Below are positions 51,258 through 61,896 of a stretch of DNA of 64,000 nucleotides, one piece after another. The notes under the pieces were generated by a model, which did not search any database, had not been told where the DNA came from, and saw only the letters and a program-made list of their open reading frames with translations. A program made the translations under genes and the position numbers. Source of the stretch: Azolla caroliniana (lineage: Eukaryota; Plantae; Polypodiophyta); assembly GCA_043228905.1 (NCBI GenBank), contig JBHGNT010000016.1:2790001-2854000 (forward strand). The letters run 5' to 3'. Numbering within the stretch: the stretch's first letter is position 1; every line of letters begins with the position of its first letter.

Positions 51258-53384
51258 ATGAGGGGGTCGGATCTTGCAGAGGCCATGGCTTCGGCCGTGG
51301 ATCGGATTGTAAACGCGCGCGAGGGCACCGGTGCCCTCGACAGAGCTATTGAGGCGGTCGTCGGCACGATCGGCCGGTTCGATGGGAGGGACGCCACGAA
51401 GTATCTGGCGTCCTACGGTGCAGAAATGTTGATGCGGGACATTCCGGAAGAAAGGCGTCTTGCCGGATTTCCCCGAGTGGCAATGCCGAGCATCCATGCG
51501 GAGGTGCTCGAGGTGCGGGCGGAGAGCCGTACCTGGGAGGAGTTCGAAGGTCGGCTCCTAGAGAAATACGGGCTGGACGACGCGCTCCGGCTTTCGAAGC
51601 GAAGGTTCATGGAATGGGTGGAGTCCCCGGGGAAGGGAAGAAACGCGTCGGCACTCCTCCGGGAGTTCGAGGAAAACTTTGCGCGCCTTTCGGCGCTCGA
51701 CCGAACCATCCTGGACACGAGCCGGGTCTTGCTGTTTGTCAAGTCGGTCGACGAGCGGGATCGGGAGCAAGTGGGCCTCTTGCTGGAAACCGAAGACGGG
51801 CTCACTACCGACTGGGCGGCTGTCAAGAAGGTCTGTGGCCGTTTCGACAAACGGCGAGAATGGGCGGATAACGGGGTAACCGGGTCGGGCTCGGTCGCAG
51901 CAAGGAAGTTCGAACCAGCGCCACAGGTGCGAAAGGAAGAGACCCGAGAGTGGTTGGAAACCGGTTCGGCTTCGACCGGCGTAGTCAGAGGCTCAACCGG
52001 AGGAGCGGCGCTGGAGGAGTTGACGAGGGCGGTAAAGGACCTCCAAATCGCGCAAGCCCGAGGGGAAGGTGGCGAACCGGCTCGTGACCGACGGCCGGCG
52101 GCAGGAAACAGGTGCATGTGGTGCGATGAAGTCGGCCACATTCGGAAGGACTGCGGCGACTTCGCGGAGGCGCTAAGGGACAGGGTGGTGTACCTGTGGG
52201 AAGGGCGGGTGCATGCCAGCGACACCCGAAGGGCCCTGAGCCGAAACGACGAGCGAGGCGGTATGAAAAGGTTGATGGAAGAGGCGGCGGCCCGACACGC
52301 GGAAACCGTCCACTACTCGGCGTCGGCCGGCATTCGAGTCGGGGGCGGCGAGGCCCGAAGGGAAAGCAAAGCCGGATTCTGGCCGACGATGCTGGGAGGC
52401 CTTGCCGGTGCAAGGCTTAAAGGGGAGGAATCGGACCGCGCGGAGAAACGGGTACGGGAGATAACCGGGTGGAGCGACCCGGTCGAGGAGAGGACGGGCT
52501 TCGTGGAAGCCGCTTGCCAGAACTACGAGGCTCTGGTAGAAGAGAAGCGGGTGGGGAAACCCGGGACGACCGGGCCCTCACAACGATACGAGAACCGGTC
52601 CGGGCCACGACGGGACGAAGCCGGCGGGGCCGGTACGAAAGATAAACCCCAGAAGGGCGGGTACCGTCTGGGGACGGAGATAGAAAGGACCACGGACTTA
52701 CGAAAGGTCCTGGAGGAACGGATCCTCGACAGCAAGGTGGAGCTGTCGTTACGAGAGGTGCTGGGAATCGCCAAGAAGGAGTTCCACGACTCCATCGTGG
52801 ACTTGGTGAAACGGAAGAGGCTGTCGACAGAGACAGAACCGGAAAGACCGGTGGAAGTGCGGACGACGCACCTAGACGACATGGCGCTGGGAGACGAGTG
52901 GGCGGAAAGCCACTATTCGAGACCACACTGGGCCCGAGCGACCACGGAAACCCCGATGAAGATCGGCGATGTCCAGGAACCGGTGATAGCTTTGGTGGAC
53001 CACGGATCGGAGATCAACTTGATGTCCATGGACTTCTATAAGAAGGGCAAATGGCCGATCAACACCAAGCACGGGTGGAAAATAAGGGCGGCAACGCGCG
53101 CCACCGAGGAGCTGCACGGGGCCTGTCCGAATGTGCGGGTCAAGATCGGCGACGTCGAGATTGACCAGCACTTCTTCGTGCAGGAGACATCTTCGCATCC
53201 GGTCATACTGGGAGAGCCGTACATCACGGCGGCGCGGATGGAGACCAAGGTGCTGGACAACGGTTCGGCCTATGCGAGGGTCAAAAGCCAAGACGGGCGC
53301 CATTCGGTCCAGTTTCTGACGGTACGGCCGAACCACGAACGTAACCGCGACTCCCTCGGTTCCGAAAACCGAGAGGATTTTTAG
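51258..53384 (+). CDS. Gag-aspartic protease of element E
   Basis: Uninterrupted ORF (first ATG 51258) with CX2CX4HX4C knuckle and 'ALVDHGSEINLMS..VILGEPY' protease. It ends GAG GAT TTT TAG. Confidence 0.93.
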   Translation: MRGSDLAEAMASAVDRIVNAREGTGALDRAIEAVVGTIGRFDGRDATKYLASYGAEMLMRDIPEERRLAGFPRVAMPSIHAEVLEVRAESRTWEEFEGRLLEKYGLDDALRLSKRRFMEWVESPGKGRNASALLREFEENFARLSALDRTILDTSRVLLFVKSVDERDREQVGLLLETEDGLTTDWAAVKKVCGRFDKRREWADNGVTGSGSVAARKFEPAPQVRKEETREWLETGSASTGVVRGSTGGAALEELTRAVKDLQIAQARGEGGEPARDRRPAAGNRCMWCDEVGHIRKDCGDFAEALRDRVVYLWEGRVHASDTRRALSRNDERGGMKRLMEEAAARHAETVHYSASAGIRVGGGEARRESKAGFWPTMLGGLAGARLKGEESDRAEKRVREITGWSDPVEERTGFVEAACQNYEALVEEKRVGKPGTTGPSQRYENRSGPRRDEAGGAGTKDKPQKGGYRLGTEIERTTDLRKVLEERILDSKVELSLREVLGIAKKEFHDSIVDLVKRKRLSTETEPERPVEVRTTHLDDMALGDEWAESHYSRPHWARATTETPMKIGDVQEPVIALVDHGSEINLMSMDFYKKGKWPINTKHGWKIRAATRATEELHGACPNVRVKIGDVEIDQHFFVQETSSHPVILGEPYITAARMETKVLDNGSAYARVKSQDGRHSVQFLTVRPNHERNRDSLGSENREDF

Positions 53385-53440
53385 AGAGGACTGCCAAGGC
53401 GTGGGGCCGCGACAGTCCGGATGCTCCGGGAAGACCCCAC
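53375..53440 (+). other. Putative -1 ribosomal frameshift signal (G_GAU_UUU plus pseudoknot)
   Basis: Heptamer 53375-53381, 6-nt spacer, stem 1 GGACTG(53388-93)/CAGTCC(53413-18) and stem 2 GTGGGG(53401-06)/CCCCAC(53435-40). The -1 frame is open into pol. Confidence 0.75.
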
Positions 53441-56400
53441 ATCTGTACGATAAAACCGTGTACAATAGGTAGGAAATTTTGCTTCTCTGACAGCGGAGCA
53501 TGTACGTTGGTCGGTATCACCGGCCGAGAGAAAACAAAGACGGAGGGGAGACTTCGGGCGTGCGGAGTTCTCGGCCCTGACGAAGAAATCAACGGAGCCG
53601 TGGAGGCAGTCTCCTTCGACGACACCTTGGGAATGCTGGGGAGGGTAGTCGAAGAAGACCTTATCGAGGACCGGACGATACCGGTATGTTCCGAAGAAAT
53701 GTACGAAGTCATCGCGGACTTCGGTCGAGGGCTCGAGTCGGAACGGACGGCCCGAGTTAGCACCAAGTACAAGACTGTGGACCGGAAGGTGAGGCCAGTT
53801 GCGGCGCCCTTACCGGAGGGCAGCGAATCCCGAATCAAAGGGGGTGCATCGGACCCCAGCTTACGGGATCCGGCCTGCATAGGACACACCTTCACCAACG
53901 AGACGCTCCGCGAGCTGAAGATCGGTGGGGGCGGGTTCCTGCTGCCGGTGGAAGAAGGCCGGTTTCGGAGGATGCTCGGAAGGCACGGGAAAGCCTTCAC
54001 ATTCTCACCGGAGGAAATCGGGTGCGTAGACCCGACGATCGTAGAGCCGATGGTGATATTCACGGTACCGCATGTACCGTGGAATCTCAAGCCAATTCCG
54101 GTTCCGAGAGCTCACATCCCGAAGTTGATGGAGCTGTTGAAGCAGAAAGTTGATATGGGCATTCTCGAGCCGTCGAGCGCCCCGTACTCGAACCGGTGGT
54201 TTACCGTACCAAAGAAAAACAGATCATTGCGCTTCATTCAGGATCTGCAACCGGTCAATAGGGTGACCATTCGGAACGTAGGGATCGGACCGACCATAGA
54301 CGAGTTCGCGGAGGCCTTCGCCGGAAGGTCGATTTACTCGGTCGGTGATCTATATTCAGGGTACGACCAGTTCCAGCTAGCCGTGGAGAGCAGAGACATT
54401 ACGACGATGCGAACTCCCCTCGGCCTAGTGCGGATGTGTACGCTGCCGCAAGGAGGGACCAACTCGGTGGCCCACATGGTGAATGCAATGAACAAGGTGC
54501 TGAGGGACTGCATCCCGGACATCACCATGCCGTTTCTAGACGACATCCCGATCAAGGGATGCCCGGTAGAAGAGAAGGACGAGACGATCGGGCCGGACGG
54601 ATGCCGGCGATTCGTGGTAACGCACATCGACGACTGCGAGAAGGTGCTACAAAGGCTAGAGGATGCGAGGCTCACCTTCTCGGGGGAGAAGTCAGCCTTC
54701 GGGCAGTCGGAAATCATGGTGGTCGGACATTTATGTGGACCATATGGCCGGAGACCGTCTCCGGCAAAGATAGAAGCCATCTCCGCGATGAAGCCTGATT
54801 GCAGCTCGGTCACGGAAGTACGAAGATTCTTGGGGGCATGCGCCTTCTACCACATATGGATCCCGCATTACGCGCACGTCGCGGAGCCGCTGTACGGATT
54901 ATTGAAGAAAGGGCGAAGGTTCGAATGGCTAGACAAGCACACGGAGTCGGTCTGGAAGCTGAAGGAGGCTCTTTCGGCAGCACCGGCGCTCCGAAAGGCC
55001 GTCTACGGGAAGGGCACCCCAATGTACATAACGGTTGACACGAGTCCGACCGGAATCGGGTGGGTCGTCAACCAAGAAGACGGGGACGGCAATCGGTTTC
55101 CGATCCGATTCGGCGCGAAGGTCCTCAACGAACGGCAGCGAGGATACGCCCAGGTTAAACGCGAACTCTGGGGTATCGTTTCGGCGGTGAAGGCCGACAA
55201 GGACTATCTGATCGGGACAGAGGTAATCATAGAGACGGATTGCATGCCGATTCTCGGCATGGTTTCCGGATGCGCGACGCCGGACCTGGCAATGCTCAGG
55301 TGGATAGCGTACATCAAGTCCCTGAACCCGGAAATACGACACATTTCCGGGAAAGACAACGCCATGGCCGACATGCTTTCAAGGGCGAGATTCGATGACG
55401 AGGGCGGCATGGTTTCGGAGGACGAAGAGGTCGGCGTGGACTTCTTCGAGACTGCGTATGTAACAACCGACGGAACAAGCACTCCGGCGCTTAACGACTT
55501 CGACGCGAGCAAGTACGACGGGGAGTGGCTGCAGATCGGTGGGTTTTTGAAGACAATGACGCCCAATGCGTCATGGACGAAGGACGAGGCCAACCGGATC
55601 CGGAAGAAAGCGTACCAGTTCTTTCTCCGGGATGGCTATCTATGGAAGCACCCGAAGAAGAGGGACGGCGCTCCGCTCCGGGTGGTGGCGATGAAGGAAG
55701 AACAGGAGGAGCTGCTGACGGCCTACCACGACAGCCCTTGGGCTGGACACCGTGGAACATGGGCTACGTTTGAGAAACTGAAGGGGAAGTATTGGTGGCC
55801 GGGGCAGTACCGGGACGTGCATCGGTTCGTGACAACTTGCGAGAGCTGTCAGATGCACTCCATAGTCCGACATCGGGACAAGCTTCACCCCACGTACCCT
55901 CCGACCATCCACTTCAAATGGATGGTAGATCTGGTGACGATGCCAATGGGGGTAGGACAGATGCGGTACCTGGTCCTAGCGCGGGAGGATCTGACGAACC
56001 AGGTGGAAGGCCGGGCCCTTACGAACAAAACGACCGCGGCCGTATGCCGGTTCCTAATCGAGGACGTGATATGCCGGTACGGGTGCGTCGGGAAGATCGT
56101 GGCTGACCGAGGGGAGTTGGACGCCGAAGAGGCCGCGGAGCTGTTCGACCGGCTGGGAGTCAAGCTCTCGCTCACCACTGCGTACAATCCGGAGGCGAAT
56201 GGAAAGGTGGAGCGCGGACACGGACCGATCGTCAAGGCGTTGGTTCGGGCATGCGGAGGCCGAGTCGGTGACTGGCCGCGGCTGCTACCTTATGCTTTGT
56301 GGGCAGACCGGACCACGCACAGTTCGGTAACCGGGTACATGCCGACGGAGCTCATGTTCGGCCAGAAGCCGATCATGCCGATGGAACGGACGATCTCCTC

Positions 56401-56863
56401 GTGGGCAACGGTCGACTGGAGGGACGAGATGAGCCGGGAGGAGTTGTTGGCCGCGCGCATACGACAGCTCGAGCGGAGACCGGAGGACGTGGAACTGGCT
56501 GCGGAGAAGCTCCGGGTGGCGAGGAAAAAGAACAAAGCCAGGTTCGACCGAACGCACCGGCTCAGACCGAAGAAAATCGAAGAAGGTGACTGGGTGCTCG
56601 TCTACGACAGCAGCCTCGATAACCAGCACCGAGCTACACGGAAGTTCGCACGAAGGTGGTTCGGGCCTTACGTGGTACGGAGCGCCAATGACAACGGGAC
56701 ATATCACCTGGCGGAACTCGACGGCACGAGAATGGCGATACCGGTTGCAGGGAAGCGGATCAAAGCGTTCAAGAAGCGACACGACGACGAGCCAGACCCG
56801 GCTCTCCTGGTCAGCAGTGACGAACGATCCGAAAACGAGGAAGAACCGACGGGCGAGGAATGA
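53375..56863 (+). CDS. RT-RNase H-integrase (Pol) of element E, in the -1 frame relative to Gag-PR
   Basis: Frame open from 53345 to 56863. RT (FLDD), RNase H and integrase (HHCC, DDE, GPY/F) are present, followed by an acidic tail and no chromodomain. Confidence 0.93.
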   Translation, partial: GFLERTAKAWGRDSPDAPGRPHICTIKPCTIGRKFCFSDSGACTLVGITGREKTKTEGRLRACGVLGPDEEINGAVEAVSFDDTLGMLGRVVEEDLIEDRTIPVCSEEMYEVIADFGRGLESERTARVSTKYKTVDRKVRPVAAPLPEGSESRIKGGASDPSLRDPACIGHTFTNETLRELKIGGGGFLLPVEEGRFRRMLGRHGKAFTFSPEEIGCVDPTIVEPMVIFTVPHVPWNLKPIPVPRAHIPKLMELLKQKVDMGILEPSSAPYSNRWFTVPKKNRSLRFIQDLQPVNRVTIRNVGIGPTIDEFAEAFAGRSIYSVGDLYSGYDQFQLAVESRDITTMRTPLGLVRMCTLPQGGTNSVAHMVNAMNKVLRDCIPDITMPFLDDIPIKGCPVEEKDETIGPDGCRRFVVTHIDDCEKVLQRLEDARLTFSGEKSAFGQSEIMVVGHLCGPYGRRPSPAKIEAISAMKPDCSSVTEVRRFLGACAFYHIWIPHYAHVAEPLYGLLKKGRRFEWLDKHTESVWKLKEALSAAPALRKAVYGKGTPMYITVDTSPTGIGWVVNQEDGDGNRFPIRFGAKVLNERQRGYAQVKRELWGIVSAVKADKDYLIGTEVIIETDCMPILGMVSGCATPDLAMLRWIAYIKSLNPEIRHISGKDNAMADMLSRARFDDEGGMVSEDEEVGVDFFETAYVTTDGTSTPALNDFDASKYDGEWLQIGGFLKTMTPNASWTKDEANRIRKKAYQFFLRDGYLWKHPKKRDGAPLRVVAMKEEQEELLTAYHDSPWAGHRGTWATFEKLKGKYWWPGQYRDVHRFVTTCESCQMHSIVRHRDKLHPTYPPTIHFKWMVDLVTMPMGVGQMRYLVLAREDLTNQVEGRALTNKTTAAVCRFLIEDVICRYGCVGKIVADRGELDAEEAAELFDRLGVKLSLTTAYNPEANGKVERGHGPIVKALVRACGGRVGDWPRLLPYALWADRTTHSSVTGYMPTELMFGQKPIMPMERTISSWATVDWRDEMSREELLAARIRQLERRPEDVELAAEKLRVARKKNKARFDRTHRLRPKKIEEGDWVLVYDSSLDNQHRATRKFARRWFGPYVVRSANDNGTYHLAELDGTRMAIPVAGKRIKAFKKRHDDEPDPALLVSSDERSENEEEPTGEE

Positions 56864-59800
56864 AGACGGGCCGGTTTTCTCCGTCCCAACTCTCTTGGCG
56901 CATACCGGAGGATGCGCGGTTAGGTGGGGGCGGATGTCGTGAAGAAAACCGTCCATAAGCGAAATCGGCAGACCGAGGCGTGGGAACCGGTTCCTCACGC
57001 GCGCACGCTCCAAGTCGAACATAGAAGCGAGTTAGGAGGATAACCGGCAGGAACGGGCCCTAACACGAGTGGAGACAAAGACCGCGCGAACAGTCTTTTC
57101 GGTCGCGCGCGCGAGCTAAGGGACGGCACGAGTCGGCGGCGTAACTACGCTTATGCGTGAAGAACGGGGCGGATCCCTGTTCGAAAGGGACAGGGGATAA
57201 AGCTGACATGACGGCCTGCTCGTCGAGATATATATAAGGAGCAGGAAAGAAAGGGACGGGGGATCGCGCAGAGAGGAGAGAGTGCTGTCGGACCGTTTCT
57301 GGACGCTTCTCTCTCTGTTTCCTTCCTTCTTGAGCTCCATAGCTTCTCTGTGCAGGGTTCCGAGGAGGCTCGCGCTGTTTCGAGGAACGCCCGAGTGCTT
57401 CCGGCAGCACCTCCGACCTGCTACCCCCCTTCGTGCGTTGAAGCGAACAGGCATCGGCATCTGTTCGCCGGCCTGTTCGGTTGTAACCAACCTGTGCCCC
57501 ACCGGGGGTTGTAGTCGTGCTAGCCATTTTTCTTAATATACATATTTAGTCATTCGCATCTGTCTGTGTCGGTGTCCGTTCGCGTTCTCCGTGCTGAAGG
57601 GCCGTGTCCCTGTGTACCCCCCGGTCCTGCGTAGCCGGTTCTCCCTCTTTATCCTCCCTCGCTTGCTCTTTGGTTCGAGACCCCCGCGGTCCCGCCTCGT
57701 TTCCACACGCACTTGCGTAAAATCGCGACAACGTAAATCTGAGTGTCTTTGCTATAGACAACTGCGGCAAGTGCTTCTTTCATCTTCCGGACCGATTCCT
57801 TATGCTCGTCTCTCCACTCGAATTTACGCCCTTTCATCAGCAACCCATAGAGCGGCTCCGCAACGTGGGTGTAATGCGGGATCCAGATATGGTAGAATGC
57901 ACATGCTCCCAAGAATCTCCGAACCTCCGTAACCGAATTGCAGTCTTGCTTCATCGCGGAGATGGCCTCAACCTTGGCCGGAGACGGTTTCCGACCGTAT
58001 GGCCCGCATAGGTGTCCGATGACCATGATCTCCGATCGCCCGAAGGCCGATTTTTCCCTGGAGAAGGTGAGCCTTGTGCCTTCTAGTCTTTGCAGTACCT
58101 TCTCGCAGTCATCGACGTGAGCCACCACGAATTTCCAACATCCAACCGGTCCGATTGTCTCGTCCTTTTCCTCCATCGGGCATCCTTTGATCGGGATGTC
58201 GTCCAAGAATGGCATGGTGATGTCCGGGATACAATCCTTCAACACTTTGTTCATTGCGTTCACCATGTGCGCCAGTGAGTTCGTTCCCCCTTGCGGTAGG
58301 GTACACATCCGAACTAGGCCGAGAGAAGTCCGCATCGTCGTGATATGCTTGCTCTCTACGACTAGTTGGAACTGATCGTACCCTGAGTATAGATCCCCGA
58401 CCGAGTAGATCGACCTCCCTCCTAAGGCCTCCGCGAACTCATCAATGGTTGATCCGATACCTGTGTTTCGAATGGTCACCTTGTTGACCGGCTGCAGGTC
58501 CTGTATGGGTTCTTCTTTGGCATGGTAAACCACCGATTCGAGTATGGGGCACTCGACGGTTCGAGGATGCCCATCTCCACCTTCTGTTTCAACAGCTCCA
58601 TCAACGTCGGGATGTGAGCTCTGGGTGCCGGAATCGGTTTGAGATTCCACGACACATGCAGTACCGTGAAGATCACCATTGGTTCCACAACCGTCGGGTC
58701 TACGCACCCGATCTCGTCCGGTGAGAATGCGAAAGCCTTCCCGTGCCTCCCGAGCATTCTCCGAAACCGGTCCTCTTCCGCCGACAGTAGAAAGCCAACC
58801 CCACCTATCTTGAGCTCCCGTAGCGTTATGTCGGTCAACGTGTGTCCTATGCTGGCCGGATCTTGCAAACTTGGGTCCCACGCGTCCCACGCGACCCCCT
58901 TTATCCGTAACTCGCTGCCCTCCGGCAAGGGTGCCGCGACTAGCCTCACCTTCCGGTCCACAGTCTTCTACCTCGTATCCACTCGGGCCGTCCGATCCGA
59001 CTCGAGTCCCTTACCGAAGTAGGCGATGACTTCGTACATCCTTTCTGAACTTACCAGAATCGTCTGGTATTCATTAAGGCCTTCTCCGAACACCTCCCGT
59101 AACTTCCCTAAGGTGTCATCGAAAGAGACCGCTTCCACGGCTCCGTTGATTTCCTCTTCAGGGCCGAGGACTCCGCATGCCCGAAGTCGCTCCTCCGCCT
59201 GCTTCTTTTCCCGGCCAACTATGCCGGCTATCGTACAACCTCTGCTATTGGAGAACCAAAATTTCCTACCTATGGTACAAGTCTTTTTGCCTATAGTACA
59301 TCTGTGGGGTTTTTCCGGGGTGTCCAAACTATCGCGGCCCCACGCCTTGATAGCCCTCTCTAAAAATCCCCTCGGTTTTCGCCACCGAGAGTCTCGCGGT
59401 TACGCTCATGGTTCGGTTGCACTGTCAGGAACTGGACCGAGTGACACCCATCCTGGCTCTTGACTCGTGCATATCCCGAACCGTCATCCAACACCTTTCT
59501 CTCCATCCGTGCCGCCGTGATGTACGGTTCCCCGAGTATCACTGGATGCGAGGACGTCTCCTGCATGAAGAAGTGGTGATCGATCTCGACATCGCCGATT
59601 TTCACTCGTACATTCGGGCAGTCTCCATGCAGCTCTTCTGTGGCGCGTGTTGCTGCCCGTATTTTCCACCCATGCTTGGTGTTGATCGGCCACTTCCCCT
59701 TCTTGTAGAAGTCTGTGGACATCAAGTTGATTTCTGAACTGTGGTCAACCAACGCCACCACGGGCTCCTGAACATCTCCGATCTTAACAGGGGTCTCCGT

Positions 59801-61152
59801 GGTTGCTCTGGTCCAGTGTGGCCTTGAATAGTGGCTCTCCGCCAACTCGTCTTCTAGAGCCATGTCTTCTGGGTGCGTCGTTCTCACCTCCACCGACTTC
59901 TCTAGCTCCGGCTCTGTCAAAAGCCTTTTCCGCTTCACCAAGTCCACAATGGAGTCGTGGAACTCCTTCTTGGCGATTCCGAGCACTTCCCTCAGTGACA
60001 GCTCCACTTTGCTGTCGAGGATACGTTCCTCGAGGACCTTTCGCAGGTCCGTGGTCCTCTCGATCTCCGTGCTCAATTGGTACCCGGCCCTCTTGGCTTT
60101 ATCCGGTGCACTGACATCATTTTGCTTTTGCCCGAACTGGGTTTCATACCGTTGCGAGGGTCCGGCCCCTCTGGTCTTACTCGCATGCTTGTCCCCCACC
60201 AGAATCTCATAGTTTTGGCAAGCGGCTTCAACGAAGCCCGTCTTTTCTTCGATCGGGTAACTCCACCCGGTTGCCTCCGGATCCATCTTTCCGCGTGGTC
60301 TGCTTCCTCTTTCCTCAGCCGTATGCCGGCGAGACCTTCCAATATCGACGACCAGAATCCGGCTTCCTTCATCTTCCAGACTTCATCACTTCCGACCCGG
60401 ATTCCAGCCGACGCCGAGTAGTGGACGGTCTCCACGTGGTGAGCCGCCGCTTCTTCCATCAGACATTTCATACCCCCTTGTCCGACATTCAGATCCAGGG
60501 CCCTTCGGGTCTCGCTAGCGTGCACCCGACCGTTCCATAGGTACACCACATTAGCTCTTATCACTTCGGCGAAGTCCCCGCAGTCCTTTCGGGCGTGGCC
60601 AATCGCGTCGCACCACAAGCACCGGTTCCCAACCGGAGGACTTCGGTCACGGGCTTGTTCGCCGACGTCCCTCCGTGCTTGTGCAATCTAGAGGTGCCTC
60701 ACCATCTGAGTTAGCTTCTCCAGAGCAGCTCCTCGGGATGAGCCTTTGACCATGCTGGTCGAAGCCAAGCCAATCTCGAGCCAGTCTCAGGTCTCTTCCC
60801 TTCGCGCCGGTGGGGGTACCTCGACCTTCCTGGTTGCAACAAAACCCGCCCCCATCAAGCCTTTATCGACCCACTCATGCTGTTTGTCAAAACGGTGGCA
60901 AACTCTCTTTACCACGGCCCAGTCGGTTGTTAGGCCATCATCAGTCTCCAGCAGGAAGCCCACTTGCTCCCGGTCCCTTACAACCACTGATTTAACGAAC
61001 AATAGGACACGACTTGTGTCCAGTCCGGTCCGGTCCAATGCCGAAAGTCGTGCGAAGCGTTCTTCAAACTCCCAAAAGAGCACCAACGCGTTGTTGGGAT
61101 TTCGGTCCCTCCGGATGGGATGTCCGGAGATGAATGACGGCAAGCCCGGTTG

Positions 61153-61423
61153 CGGTTACGGAACCGGATGATGAAGAGTACCCGGCATGAAGCCGGATAA
61201 AGAGTACCCGGATACGGAGCCGGATGATGAAGACCCCGGTTACGGAGCCGGATGATGAAGACCCCGGTTACGGAGCCGGATGCTGAAGACCCCGGTTACG
61301 GAGCCGGATGACGAATGTACCCGGATACGGAGCCGGATGATGAAGACCCCGGTTACGGAGCCGGATGATGAAGACCCCGGTTACGGAGCCGGATGACGAA
61401 TGTACCCGGAGAGAGATCCGGAT
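61153..61423 (+). repeat. 28-29-bp tandem repeat array (about 9 units) in U3 of the copia G LTR
   Basis: Unit CCGGTTACGGAGCCGGATGATGAAGACC, with variants ending GACGAATGTAC. Confidence 0.92.
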
Positions 61424-61896
61424 GCGGGGACATATTTGTGAATATGTTTGCCAAGAGCCCTTGAGGCTATATTTGTAAATAGCCCAAAAGTCATATGTGT
61501 ATAAATATGACTTAGGGCAAACAGTTTTATGTTGTTGTTGCTCATTTTCTGTTTTCCACGAAGAGGGAGCGAAGTGAGAGCAGCCGAGAGAGTGTGAGAG
61601 ACGAAGAGGTCGTTGCCTCAGTGTATTACCGCCGCCTGTGGCGAAGACTGTGAGCTCAAGGTTGTTGCCTTGTAGCTTCATCATTGTACATCTCTGCATA
61701 TAGTGATAGTTGGAGTTTGAGGACTCCCGTGGTTTTTCCCACTTAGGGTTTTCCACGTAAAATATCCTGTGTACTCTTCTCCCCATTATCTTCGTGTATT
61801 TTGTAATTCCTGTTTTCTGAAAGTTAATCCTATTTCTCGGTTGTGGCCGAGCACTGCGTGTAACAAATTGGTATCAGAGCGACGGTAACACAGAAA

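Larger units (their letters stand above)
50418..57730 (+). mobile_element. Full-length, apparently intact Ty3/gypsy element E
   Basis: LTRs 50418-51213 and 56935-57730 (796 bp, ~4 differences by eye), perfect 4-bp TSD ACGT (50414-50417 / 57731-57734), tRNA-Trp PBS 51218-51235 and PPT 56922-56934. Confidence 0.97.
35202..61091 (-). mobile_element. Degenerate Ty3/gypsy element C on the minus strand, split by D, E and G (pieces 35202-35869, 48521-50417, 57731-61091; 5' end outside window)
   Basis: 3' LTR 35202-35850 and PPT 35851-35863 in reverse orientation. Integrase/RNase H at 48580-50417, RT at 57731-59360 and Gag-protease at 59360-61091. The pieces rejoin across the TSDs (e.g. QIYV|TVDTSPTG). 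Multiple stops (48790, 49738, 58968) and deletions. Confidence 0.9.

Noticed and set aside
53281-54090. 269-aa antisense ORF across the gag/pol junction (also 38735-39544)
   Set aside because: A codon-register shadow of the GC-rich pol frame; similar shadows occur all along the elements, and it is broken in C.
61153-61423. CRISPR-like appearance of the 28-29-bp repeats
   Set aside because: Units are directly adjacent with no unique spacers, lie inside a eukaryotic LTR, and there are no cas genes.
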